41,852 nucleotides of DNA from NCBI GenBank assembly GCA_021324035.1, contig JAJPJU010000188.1, positions 1-41,852 of the forward strand, read 5' to 3'. Under the pieces are notes generated by a model. It did not search any database. It saw only the letters and a list, made by a program, of their open reading frames with translations, and was not told the DNA's origin. Below are positions 32,885-40,486 of the stretch, one piece after another; the first letter of the stretch is position 1, and each line of letters opens with the position of its first letter. Source of the DNA: Spartobacteria bacterium. GTDB lineage: Bacteria; Verrucomicrobiota; Verrucomicrobiia; Chthoniobacterales; UBA10450. Position numbers and translations under genes: made by a program.

Positions 32885-33685
32885 CTACCGGCTCCCAAAA
32901 TCCATCGTGATCTCCACCGTGTCGGCGACCGCAACGTGGACATCGCGAAGCTGGATTTCTCCAAGTGGAATTGATTTCAGGGGGAACGATTTTTCCAGGA
33001 CGCGATCAAACACCGGTTGAAGCGTGCTGCACGCGAACGATCCCAGTTTCCCGTCGCCTTTGCACTTGAGCTGCGAAATTTGCACGACGAACTCGTTGCT
33101 GATGTCCAATTGAGCATAAATATCGATCTTCGCCCGCGCGAAAAACTTTTTCGCGCGCACCTGAATGTCGGCGGCGAGAGATCGCCGGCCCCGCGCACGC
33201 ATCGCCAGCCGCACCTGTTCGAGGTCGATTCCGTACAAACGCGCTTTGGCCCCGACGATCCGGCCGAAAGCCTCCTCGAGCTGAAGCTGCGACGCCGAAA
33301 CAACCAGCTGACCTTCGCGCGTTCGCCGAAGAACCAGAACGGCCTCGCCGTTCGCATCCGAACCCTTATCAAATGCGACGTCGTGCATTTCCATTCGGAG
33401 ATCGACCGGCACACCCCCGGCAGAAATTTTGCGGCCGCTGATGGTGACGAGGGTGGTCTCGAACGCGAGCGAGGTTTCGCCTTCCGCAGCAGCCAACGGC
33501 GGCGCGGAAAAGTCGATGATCGCGCCGTCCAAATTGACCCGGATCTCATCAACCAGCGGGAAAACGCGCGAGCGAAGCTCAACGATCTGGCCGGGCTTTT
33601 CGACAAACCGGTGCAACGCATCGTCCAGGGCGTCAGCCAGATCGCCGCGAGGCGAGGGGAAATCTTTGCGTCCGAGCGAAATCAT
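32885..33685 (-). CDS. hypothetical protein (266 aa)
   Basis: Long ORF with coding-like composition and an ATG start. No family recognised. Confidence 0.6.
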   Translation of the reverse strand: MISLGRKDFPSPRGDLADALDDALHRFVEKPGQIVELRSRVFPLVDEIRVNLDGAIIDFSAPPLAAAEGETSLAFETTLVTISGRKISAGGVPVDLRMEMHDVAFDKGSDANGEAVLVLRRTREGQLVVSASQLQLEEAFGRIVGAKARLYGIDLEQVRLAMRARGRRSLAADIQVRAKKFFARAKIDIYAQLDISNEFVVQISQLKCKGDGKLGSFACSTLQPVFDRVLEKSFPLKSIPLGEIQLRDVHVAVADTVEITMDFGSR

Positions 33686-33698
33686 GGGGAAATGGTGA

Positions 33699-33722
33699 TG
33701 TTTGACGCTTGAGGTTTGATGT
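33699..33722 (+). repeat. heptamer repeat R3 (tgtttga-type, diverged)
   Basis: tgtttga cgcttga ggtttga tgt. It matches R1 at 21 of 24 positions. Confidence 0.75.
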
Positions 33723-33744
33723 CAAACGAAGATCGGAAGACTCC

Positions 33745-33867
33745 GAACGCCGAACGCCGAACGTCCAACATCGAATGCTCCAATTCAGAGGCGTATCAAA
33801 TTGATTTCCAACCAGTTACAAGGCATGCCGGTTTGACTTCAATGTTGGACGTTCGGCGTTGGACGTT
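33745..33867. repeat. heptamer-arm inverted repeat (cgaacgc-type) in the rpsN leader
   Basis: Left arm 33745-33775: gaacgccgaacgccgaacgtccaacatcgaa. Right arm 33838-33867: ttcaatgttggacgttcggcgttggacgtt. The arms are complementary at 27 of 30 positions, with a 62-nt spacer. Confidence 0.9.
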
Positions 33868-33934
33868 AGTTGGATGTCCTTCAATTATTCATCGGTTGCA
33901 ATCCGCGCGTTCTTCATTAGATTGCGCGCTTCTT

Positions 33935-34204
33935 ATGGCAAAGATGGCCTGGATTAATCGCAATGAGCGGAAGCGCAATACGGTAAAGAAATATGCCGCG
34001 CTGCGCGCCGAGCTCAAAGCGAAGAAAGATTACGCCGGTTTGGCTCAGCTTCCGCGCGACGCCAGCCCGACACGTGTGGTGAACCGTTGCCTGGTGACGG
34101 GCCGCCGCCGCGCCTTCATTCGGCGATTCAAGATCTCGCGGCTCACCTTTCGCGAGCTCGCGTCCCAGGGTCTGATCCCTGGTGTAACGAAATCCAGCTG
34201 GTAG
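33935..34204 (+). CDS. rpsN: 30S ribosomal protein S14 (long, non-zinc C-minus form, 89 aa)
   Basis: MAKMAWINRNERKRNTVKKYAALRAELKAKKDY...LPRDASPTRVVNRCLVTGRRRAFIRRFKISRLTFRELASQGLIPGVTKSSW. There is a single Cys and no CxxC pairs. The track ORF from 33716 is an artefactual upstream extension through the repeats. Confidence 0.9.
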   Translation: MAKMAWINRNERKRNTVKKYAALRAELKAKKDYAGLAQLPRDASPTRVVNRCLVTGRRRAFIRRFKISRLTFRELASQGLIPGVTKSSW

Positions 34205-34278
34205 AATTGCTGTAGCGGCAGCCGTGTCGGCTGCAATCGTCCGCCAAACCGCGGGCGACACGCCCGCCACTACAGAAA

Positions 34279-35658
34279 ATGATTTTGCAATTCATACTTC
34301 CGCTTGCAGACATAGTGGTCACGCAATGGGACTCACCTGCCGTCATTTTCGGCAAGCTTGCGACGATCGCCGCGCTGGTTGCGCTCAATGGATTCTTCGT
34401 CGCTTGCGAATTTTCGATCATTAAAGTTCGCGCAAGCCAGCTCGACACTTTGGTGGAGGAAGGGGACGTCCGCGCGCGACTTGCGAAACATGTCCGGTCC
34501 CATCTCGACGCTTATCTTTCCGCCACCCAGCTCGGAGTAACCCTGGCGAGCCTGGCGCTCGGCTGGCTCGGCGAGGAATTTCTCGCGCACTTGATTGAAC
34601 CGTTTTTTGCCCTGGCGAATATTCATTCTCACGCGGTGGTCACTTCAGTGTCGGTCACGCTGGCGTTCATTGGAATCACCTTCATGCACATTGTGTTTGG
34701 TGAACTGGCGCCCAAATACACCGCGATCGCCAGCCCGTTGACCGTCTCGCTCCGGCTGGTTCGTCCATTGGGCGTATTTTATTTTTTGTTCAAACCGGCG
34801 ATCTGGATCCTGCAAAAATCGTCGAATTTACTTTTGCGCGGCATGCTTCGAATGAAGCCGGTTGCGGGAACCGAGTTGGCGCACAGCGAAGAAGAATTGC
34901 GGCTGATTCTCGAGCAAAGCGAGAAATCAAAGGAAGTCTCGGCGCTTGGGCGCAAACTGGTTCTGAATGTTCTCGATCTGCGCGAACGCGTGGTGCGCGA
35001 CATCATGACCCCGCGAAACGAAGTCGTTTATCTCGATATCGACGAGGATTTTGAAACGAACGTCCAAAAAGCGATCGCCTCCAAACACACGCGTTTCCCG
35101 CTTTGTCGCGAAAATCTCGATAACACGGTCGGACTGGTCCACATCAAGGAATTCATGCCGATGTTGAGCGACCCGCAGCCGGACTTCATGAAGATCAAAC
35201 GCGAACTCATCCCGATTCCGGAAATGATGCCGCTGGAAAAGTTGCTGAGTCTTTTCCTCAGCAAACACGCTCACGTTGCCATTGTGGTCGACGAATTCGG
35301 TGGAAGCGTCGGCATGGTGACACTCGAAGATGTGCTCGAAGAATTGGTCGGCGATATCCAGGACGAGTTCGATACCGACAAAGCCGAGTTTCAAAAGATC
35401 AATGCCAACGAATTCACGGTGGACGGAACCCTCGGTCTCTACGAACTGAACGATCTCGCGAAATTAGAATTGGAAAGCGCAGACGTCAGCACGATCGGCG
35501 GCTACGTGACGCATTTGCTTGGCCATCTCCCCAAACAAGGCGAGCAGGTGAAGATCGACGGTTATCTCGTAACCGTTTCGCAAACTGACGCCCGACGAGT
35601 GAAGGAATTACATTTCCGGAAAGTCGAAGAGGCGAAAATAGTGACGAGTGACCGGTGA
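34279..35658 (+). CDS. CNNM/CorC/TlyC-family transporter (DUF21 membrane domain + CBS pair + CorC_HlyC domain)
   Basis: 459 aa. N-terminal TM domain ([16 protein letters not shown]), a CBS region ([15 protein letters not shown]...VGLVHIKE), [28 protein letters not shown], and a C-terminal transporter-associated domain ([20 protein letters not shown]). Confidence 0.85.
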   Translation: MILQFILPLADIVVTQWDSPAVIFGKLATIAALVALNGFFVACEFSIIKVRASQLDTLVEEGDVRARLAKHVRSHLDAYLSATQLGVTLASLALGWLGEEFLAHLIEPFFALANIHSHAVVTSVSVTLAFIGITFMHIVFGELAPKYTAIASPLTVSLRLVRPLGVFYFLFKPAIWILQKSSNLLLRGMLRMKPVAGTELAHSEEELRLILEQSEKSKEVSALGRKLVLNVLDLRERVVRDIMTPRNEVVYLDIDEDFETNVQKAIASKHTRFPLCRENLDNTVGLVHIKEFMPMLSDPQPDFMKIKRELIPIPEMMPLEKLLSLFLSKHAHVAIVVDEFGGSVGMVTLEDVLEELVGDIQDEFDTDKAEFQKINANEFTVDGTLGLYELNDLAKLELESADVSTIGGYVTHLLGHLPKQGEQVKIDGYLVTVSQTDARRVKELHFRKVEEAKIVTSDR

Positions 35659-35722
35659 CGAGTGAAAAATCCTGGCGCGTAAATCTTCGAGCTCTTTGCT
35701 TGTCACTTGTCACTCATCACTG
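35640..35722. repeat. heptamer-arm inverted repeat (agtgacg-type)
   Basis: Left arm: agtgacg agtgacc ggtgacg agtga (35640-35665). It covers the last codons and the TGA of the CNNM gene. Right arm: cttgtca cttgtca ctcatca ctg (35699-35722). The spacer is about 33 nt. About 19 of 23 positions can pair, counting G-U. Confidence 0.85.
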
Positions 35723-35772
35723 TGATATTTGCTTCTGCTTGATCAGGCCCTTAAGAAACGCGGCATTCCAAG

Positions 35773-35958
35773 ATGCAATTCCTTATTGAAGCAAACATCA
35801 CCTGTCCTCATTGCGGTGAAGTTTTCCCGCTCCAGATCGACACCTCGCAGGCCGAACAATCGTTGATCGAGGACTGCACGGTTTGTTGCCGGCCCATTAA
35901 CCTAACGATTCGCTGCGAACCCGGCGAGGTGGTGGATGTTGCTTACGGCGAAGGTTGA
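35773..35958 (+). CDS. CPXCG-motif cysteine-rich small protein (61 aa)
   Basis: ITCPHCGEVFPLQIDTSQ...IEDCTVCCRPI: a CPxCG motif plus a second Cys cluster, typical of this small zinc-ribbon-like family. Confidence 0.75.
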   Translation: MQFLIEANITCPHCGEVFPLQIDTSQAEQSLIEDCTVCCRPINLTIRCEPGEVVDVAYGEG

Positions 35959-35970
35959 CCCCATGACAAA

Positions 35971-35986
35971 ACCGCGTCGACGCGGT
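35971..35986. promoter_or_regulatory. perfect 16-bp palindrome immediately upstream of mntH
   Basis: accgcgtcgacgcggt is its own reverse complement. It lies 13 nt before the mntH ATG (35999) and 13 nt after the CPXCG stop. It could be an operator or a hairpin. Confidence 0.35.
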
Positions 35987-35998
35987 AACTTGGTCTGA

Positions 35999-37357
35999 AT
36001 GCACGAACAGCTTTCGACCGACAACGGATGGCGCGCCGAACGCACGTCGCCCACATTGCCGGAAGCTTATCGCAGTGTGCTGATAAAACCGAACGCCGGT
36101 TTTTGGCGAAAGCTGCTCGCGTTTTCGGGGCCGGGCTATCTGGTGGCGGTCGGTTATATGGATCCGGGCAATTGGGCAACCGATCTGGCCGGCGGCTCGG
36201 CATTCGGTTACACCCTTCTCAGCGTCGTCCTGCTCTCGAGTTTGATGGCCATTTTGCTGCAAGCACTTTGCGCGCGCCTCGGGATCGTCACCGGACGCGA
36301 TCTCGCCCAGGCCTGCCGGGATCATTATTCGCGGCCGGTCTCTTTTACGCTGTGGGTTCTTTGCGAGCTGGCAATCTCCGCCTGCGATTTGGCCGAAGTG
36401 ATCGGTTCGGCAATCGCGCTCAATCTCTTGTTCAAAATCCCCATCGTCGCCGGTGTTTGCATCACGGCATTCGACGTTTTGCTAATTCTTTACATCCAGC
36501 ACAAAGGTTTCCGCTTTCTCGAAGCGCTCGTGATCGTTCTCATCCTCACGATCGGTGGATGCTTTCTGTGCGAGATAATTTTTTCACGGCCTGACATTGC
36601 TGAGGTGACGCGCGGATTTGTTCCCACATCACAAATCGTTCGCGATCCGGCCATGCTCTACATCGCGATCGGCATTCTCGGGGCGACCGTGATGCCGCAT
36701 AATTTGTATCTGCATTCGTCGATCGTCCAGACCCGGAAGTATGAACAAAGCAAGCAAGGCAAAGCCGAGGCAATCAAATTCTCTACGATTGATTCAACCA
36801 TCGCGCTCGGTACCTCGCTCTTCATTAACGCGGCCATCCTGATCGTCGCCGCCGCAACATTTCACACTCGGGGTCATTATGGGGTGGCGGAGATTCAGGA
36901 TGCTTACAAACTGCTTTCGCCAACATTGGGTGTTCCGCTGGCGAGTGGAATCTTTGCCATCGCGCTGCTTTGCTCCGGCCAAAATTCAACCATCACCGGA
37001 ACGATGGCCGGACAAATCGTGATGGAGGGTTTCCTGAACATTCGACTTCGTCCGTGGCTCCGTAGATTAATCACTCGCTGCATCGCAATTGTTCCGGCCG
37101 TGATTGTCGCCGCGCTTTATGGCGCGAGCGGCACGGCGAAGTTACTGTTGCTGAGCCAGGTAATTCTCAGCCTGCAACTTTCGTTCGCAGTTATTCCGCT
37201 GGTTCTGTTTACGAGTGAACGCCGCAAAATGGGCGAGTTCACTTCGCCGATGTGGCTGAAAACCCTGGCCTGGGGGACTGCGGCGTTGATCATTTGTCTC
37301 AACGCCAAGTATCTCTCCGACTGGATCGGCGTCACCGATTGGATCACAGGGAAATGA
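35999..37357 (+). CDS. mntH: Nramp-family divalent metal (Mn2+/Fe2+) transporter
   Basis: Nramp signatures [15 protein letters not shown] and [16 protein letters not shown]; 452 aa with about 11 TM segments. Confidence 0.9.
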   Translation: MHEQLSTDNGWRAERTSPTLPEAYRSVLIKPNAGFWRKLLAFSGPGYLVAVGYMDPGNWATDLAGGSAFGYTLLSVVLLSSLMAILLQALCARLGIVTGRDLAQACRDHYSRPVSFTLWVLCELAISACDLAEVIGSAIALNLLFKIPIVAGVCITAFDVLLILYIQHKGFRFLEALVIVLILTIGGCFLCEIIFSRPDIAEVTRGFVPTSQIVRDPAMLYIAIGILGATVMPHNLYLHSSIVQTRKYEQSKQGKAEAIKFSTIDSTIALGTSLFINAAILIVAAATFHTRGHYGVAEIQDAYKLLSPTLGVPLASGIFAIALLCSGQNSTITGTMAGQIVMEGFLNIRLRPWLRRLITRCIAIVPAVIVAALYGASGTAKLLLLSQVILSLQLSFAVIPLVLFTSERRKMGEFTSPMWLKTLAWGTAALIICLNAKYLSDWIGVTDWITGK

Positions 37358-37494
37358 CGAAATCCGAAATCCGAAACAAATTCGAAATTCGAATCTCAAA
37401 AAACAATGGCTACCTCCGGGTCGTTTCGGATTTTCTTATTCTTGCTGCTTCGGATTTGTTTCGATATTCGAAATTCGAGTTTCGGATTTTTTTC
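37358..37494. repeat. dense cluster of cgaaatc-type heptamers in both orientations
   Basis: Forward: acgaaat ccgaaat ccgaaac aaattcg aaattcg aatctc. Centre: gtcgtttcggatttt. Reverse: ttcggat ttgtttc gatattc gaaattc gagtttc ggattttt. It fills almost the whole mntH-usp spacer. Confidence 0.9.
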
Positions 37495-37509
37495 TGAGTC
37501 ATTTTTGTC

Positions 37510-37935
37510 ATGTATAAAAAGATTCTAGTCGCCCTGGAGAACAGCAACGCAGATCAGACGCTGCTTCCGCACGTCACTGAGCTGGCGAAATTGCATCGCT
37601 CCGATTTGTTGCTGGTTCACGTAGCGGACGGATTCGTCGCCAGAAATTACAATCAACTCAACCTGATCGAGTCCGACGAGATGAAAGAGGACCGTGTTTA
37701 TCTCGAGAACGCGGCCTCGAAATTGCGAAGCGCTGGATTGAGCGTCGACACCTATCTCGCCCTGGGCGATCCGGCGGAAGGAATTTTGAAAGCTGCCGAT
37801 GAACGCCATTGCGATTTGATTGCGATGACAGCGCACGGCCACCGGTTGTTAGGCGATCTGCTCTTCGGCAGCACGATCAACGAAGTCCGGCACAGGGCCC
37901 AAGTGCCGGTCTTGCTCGTGCGGGTGGGGAAATAA
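37510..37935 (+). CDS. universal stress protein (UspA family)
   Basis: 141 aa. MYKKILVALENS...LLLVHV...CDLIAMTAHGHRLLGDLLFGSTINEVRHRAQVPVLLV, a USP ATP-binding-type G-x2-G-x9-G(S/T) region. Confidence 0.85.
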   Translation: MYKKILVALENSNADQTLLPHVTELAKLHRSDLLLVHVADGFVARNYNQLNLIESDEMKEDRVYLENAASKLRSAGLSVDTYLALGDPAEGILKAADERHCDLIAMTAHGHRLLGDLLFGSTINEVRHRAQVPVLLVRVGK

Positions 37936-38053
37936 AATGCGAAATGCTAAACGCGAAATGCGAATTGAAACAAATCCGAAATGATCGAAACCCAATACAC
38001 CTGCCTTGCTTCGCCCTCAACATTTCGCATTTAGCATTTAGCGTTTCGCATTT
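37935..38053. repeat. heptamer-arm inverted repeat (aaatgcg-type)
   Basis: Left arm 37935-37965: aaatgcg aaatgct aaacgcg aaatgcg aat. Right arm 38022-38053: atttcgc atttagc atttagc gtttcgc attt. The arms are complementary at 27 of 30 positions, with a 56-nt spacer. The element starts at the last base of the usp TAA and ends 6 nt before the next ATG. Confidence 0.9.
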
Positions 38054-38059
38054 CCCGGT

Positions 38060-39256
38060 ATGAAGGTCTGCTTCCTAACCAACGAATATCCGCCCCGCAT
38101 TTACGGCGGGGCAGGGGTTCATGTGGATTATCTTTCTCGCGAACTTGCCAAAACGATTGATGTCGACGTTCGGTGTTTTGGCGATCAGGACTCTCGGAAA
38201 GGCCGATTGACGGTGAAGGGCTATGAGCTTGATACCAGCTCGTTCAGTTGTCCCGAGCCTTTGAAGTCAGTATTCGGCGCGGTGCAGCGTTGCCTGGATT
38301 TTAACACCACCAACATCGACGCCGATCTGGTTCATTGTCACACCTGGTATAGCCATTTCGGAGGGATTCTCGCGAAAAAGAACTACGGAATTCCGCTCGT
38401 GGTCACGACCCATTCGCTGGAACCGTTGCGGCCGTGGAAACGCGAGCAACTCGCCGGGGGTTACGATTTCTCAGTTTGGGTCGAAAAGACCGCGCTCGAA
38501 ATGGCGGATGCGGTGATTGCGGTTTCCAACGAAACCAAGGGCGATATCGAACGATTGTTCGAGGTCGATCCAAAACGCGTTCATGTAATCCATAACGGCA
38601 TCGATCTGGACGAATACAGGAAAGTCGACGCGACTGGCGCGCTCGCGCGTCACGGAGTTGATCTCAAGCAGCCAATCCTGCTGTTTGTCGGCCGAATCAC
38701 GCGGCAAAAAGGAATCATTCATCTCGTCCGCGCGATTCAATTCATGGATCCGGATTTTCAAATCGTGCTTTGCGCCGGCGCGCCGGACACACCGGAGATC
38801 GGTGAAGAAATGAAGGAGACTGTTGAGGCTGCGCAGAAAACGCGCAAAGGTATTTTCTGGATCGCAGAGATGCTCGATCGACCGGCAGCGGTGGAACTTT
38901 ACTCGCATGCGTCGGTGTTTTGTTGTCCCTCGATCTACGAACCATTTGGGATCATCAATCTCGAGGCCATGGCCTGCGAGACGGCGGTAGTCGCCAGCGC
39001 AGTCGGCGGAATCAAGGAAGTCGTGGTCGACGGCGAAACAGGTTTTCTGGTCCCGGTCGATTTTGTGACGGGATCCTTCAAGCTGGCGAATCCCGAAAAA
39101 TTTTCGCGCGATCTCGCTACGAAGATCAATCAGCTGATGAAGGACCGATCGCTGCGCGACCGATTCGGCAGGGCAGGGCGCAAACGCGCCGAAGAGCATT
39201 TCAGCTGGAGCAGGATTGCAGAGAAAACGAAAGAGCTTTATCGGACGCTGATGTAG
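38060..39256 (+). CDS. GT4 glycosyltransferase of the actinobacterial-type glycogen synthase (GlgM/GlgA-like) family
   Basis: MKVCFLTNEYPPRIYGGAGVHVDYLSRELAK..DVDVRCFG matches the typical N-terminus of this family. The C-terminal GT-B motif is FGIINLEAMACETAVVASAVGGIKEVVVDGETGFLV. Confidence 0.75.
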   Translation: MKVCFLTNEYPPRIYGGAGVHVDYLSRELAKTIDVDVRCFGDQDSRKGRLTVKGYELDTSSFSCPEPLKSVFGAVQRCLDFNTTNIDADLVHCHTWYSHFGGILAKKNYGIPLVVTTHSLEPLRPWKREQLAGGYDFSVWVEKTALEMADAVIAVSNETKGDIERLFEVDPKRVHVIHNGIDLDEYRKVDATGALARHGVDLKQPILLFVGRITRQKGIIHLVRAIQFMDPDFQIVLCAGAPDTPEIGEEMKETVEAAQKTRKGIFWIAEMLDRPAAVELYSHASVFCCPSIYEPFGIINLEAMACETAVVASAVGGIKEVVVDGETGFLVPVDFVTGSFKLANPEKFSRDLATKINQLMKDRSLRDRFGRAGRKRAEEHFSWSRIAEKTKELYRTLM

Positions 39257-39322
39257 TTGTAGCCGGGATCGTCGATCCCGGCATCAAGCCTGAATTCCGG
39301 CACCATCGGTGCCGGCTACAAC
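39256..39322. terminator. nested/alternative hairpins between convergent genes
   Basis: Outer stem gttgtagccgg (39256-39266) pairs with ccggctacaac (39312-39322). Inner hairpins are ccgggatc-gtc-gatcccgg (39263-39281) and ccggcacc-atc-ggtgccgg (39297-39315). The stems share CCGG blocks, so the structures are mutually exclusive alternatives. Confidence 0.5.
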
Positions 39323-39325
39323 TGC

Positions 39326-40372
39326 TCACCAGGAATAGGTCGCTTTTCCGTTTTCTATCGAAACCTTTGTTCCAACGGCAATGCTGGCCGCTGCGGCGCT
39401 TTTTTGTTCCGTGAAAACGTGGACCCGGACGTAAACCGTGAATGGCCCGTCGCGTCCAACTTTCTCCAAACCTTCTTTGGTGAAAACAATCTGGCCATAA
39501 GGCGTCGCGCTGTTGGAGGTGTCTTTGGCAATGAACCGCAGCGTGCCGTTGCCCAGGAGATCGCTCGGTTCACCCAGAAGCGTGGAGATCTCGATCTTCA
39601 CAACCTTGTCCTTCAGTTTCGTCTTCTGTTTTTCGATCTCCTGAAACGTGTAGATCTTCTCGCTCACCGGCGCCGGCGCGTTTTCAGATTGGGTATTTGA
39701 ATTTTCCGGTGCGCCCGTCGCATCTGCGACATTCATTTTCACGGCAACGAGATAGCCGTAGCGAGCATCGAACTGAACTGGTTTGCCGTTTCCGGAATAA
39801 ATCGGGCCCGAGAATTTGTAGAGCACAGCATCGTCCGGCTGCGCATTTTTGTAGCGCAAGAATGTATAGGTTGGATAATTGGCGTTGCTCTGGTGTTCGC
39901 GCCCCACTTCAAAAACGAGCTCTTCGTCACCTTCCTCGGTAGGATGTTGATCCTTTAGTCTGACGACCGTTCCACCCTGACTTTTGTCGCGGCTCTCGCC
40001 TTTGTCCTTCAACGGAATGTCGACGTAGGATGCGAACACGTTCAGCATGTTGACGGTGTCGCGTTTGGCTGGCTTTCCGGTTTCGCCCCAGTCTTCCGAT
40101 TCGACCCACTTTCCGCCTTGCTTGCGGGCGAACGTGCCTCCTTTGGCTAATTTGATTCTCTCCACTTTCCCGGAATAGCGGTCGTAATGACATTCCGCCG
40201 GTGGAATGGAGTCGTCGAAAGTTGATAAGCGAAGATCAACCACCATGTGATTGTTTTTGAAAGCCTGTCTCGATTGCTCCATCAGTTTTTCAAAACGCGC
40301 ATCGCTTTGTTCCTGTGAAAATGCGAATGGGGCGCCGAACAGCAGCACCGAAACTGCGATGGGGAATTTCAT
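39326..40372 (-). CDS. secreted hypothetical protein (348 aa)
   Basis: ATG at 40372 gives MKFPIAVSVLLFGAPFAFSQ, a signal peptide. The track ORF extends to 40408. No family recognised. Confidence 0.65.
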   Translation of the reverse strand: MKFPIAVSVLLFGAPFAFSQEQSDARFEKLMEQSRQAFKNNHMVVDLRLSTFDDSIPPAECHYDRYSGKVERIKLAKGGTFARKQGGKWVESEDWGETGKPAKRDTVNMLNVFASYVDIPLKDKGESRDKSQGGTVVRLKDQHPTEEGDEELVFEVGREHQSNANYPTYTFLRYKNAQPDDAVLYKFSGPIYSGNGKPVQFDARYGYLVAVKMNVADATGAPENSNTQSENAPAPVSEKIYTFQEIEKQKTKLKDKVVKIEISTLLGEPSDLLGNGTLRFIAKDTSNSATPYGQIVFTKEGLEKVGRDGPFTVYVRVHVFTEQKSAAAASIAVGTKVSIENGKATYSW

Positions 40373-40486
40373 GCGCGCGATTACAACCTTCGCGCTGTCG
40401 ATAGTCAACGATTTCGCAGGGCCGGAATCGATGTTGCTTTCCGACCTGACTATCGAGCATAACCTTCGGCAACAGGTAACATCACG

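Noticed and set aside
33716-33934. N-terminal extension of the rpsN ORF (track 33716..34204, 162 aa), and ORF 37252..37497 (81 aa) running through the mntH-usp spacer.
   Set aside because: Both extensions translate heptamer repeats into 7-aa-periodic peptides (TPNAERRTSN; EIRNKFEIR; FRYSKFEFRIFF). S14 homology begins only at the ATG at 33935, and mntH ends at 37357.
34205-34278. A stem gcagcc-gtgtc-ggctgc after rpsN as an intrinsic terminator.
   Set aside because: The stem is only 6 bp and no U-tract follows, so the evidence is insufficient.
33699-38053. Whether the repeated short units could be a CRISPR array.
   Set aside because: The repeat unit is only 7 nt, the copies abut with no spacers, the arms are inverted rather than direct, and no cas genes are present in the window.
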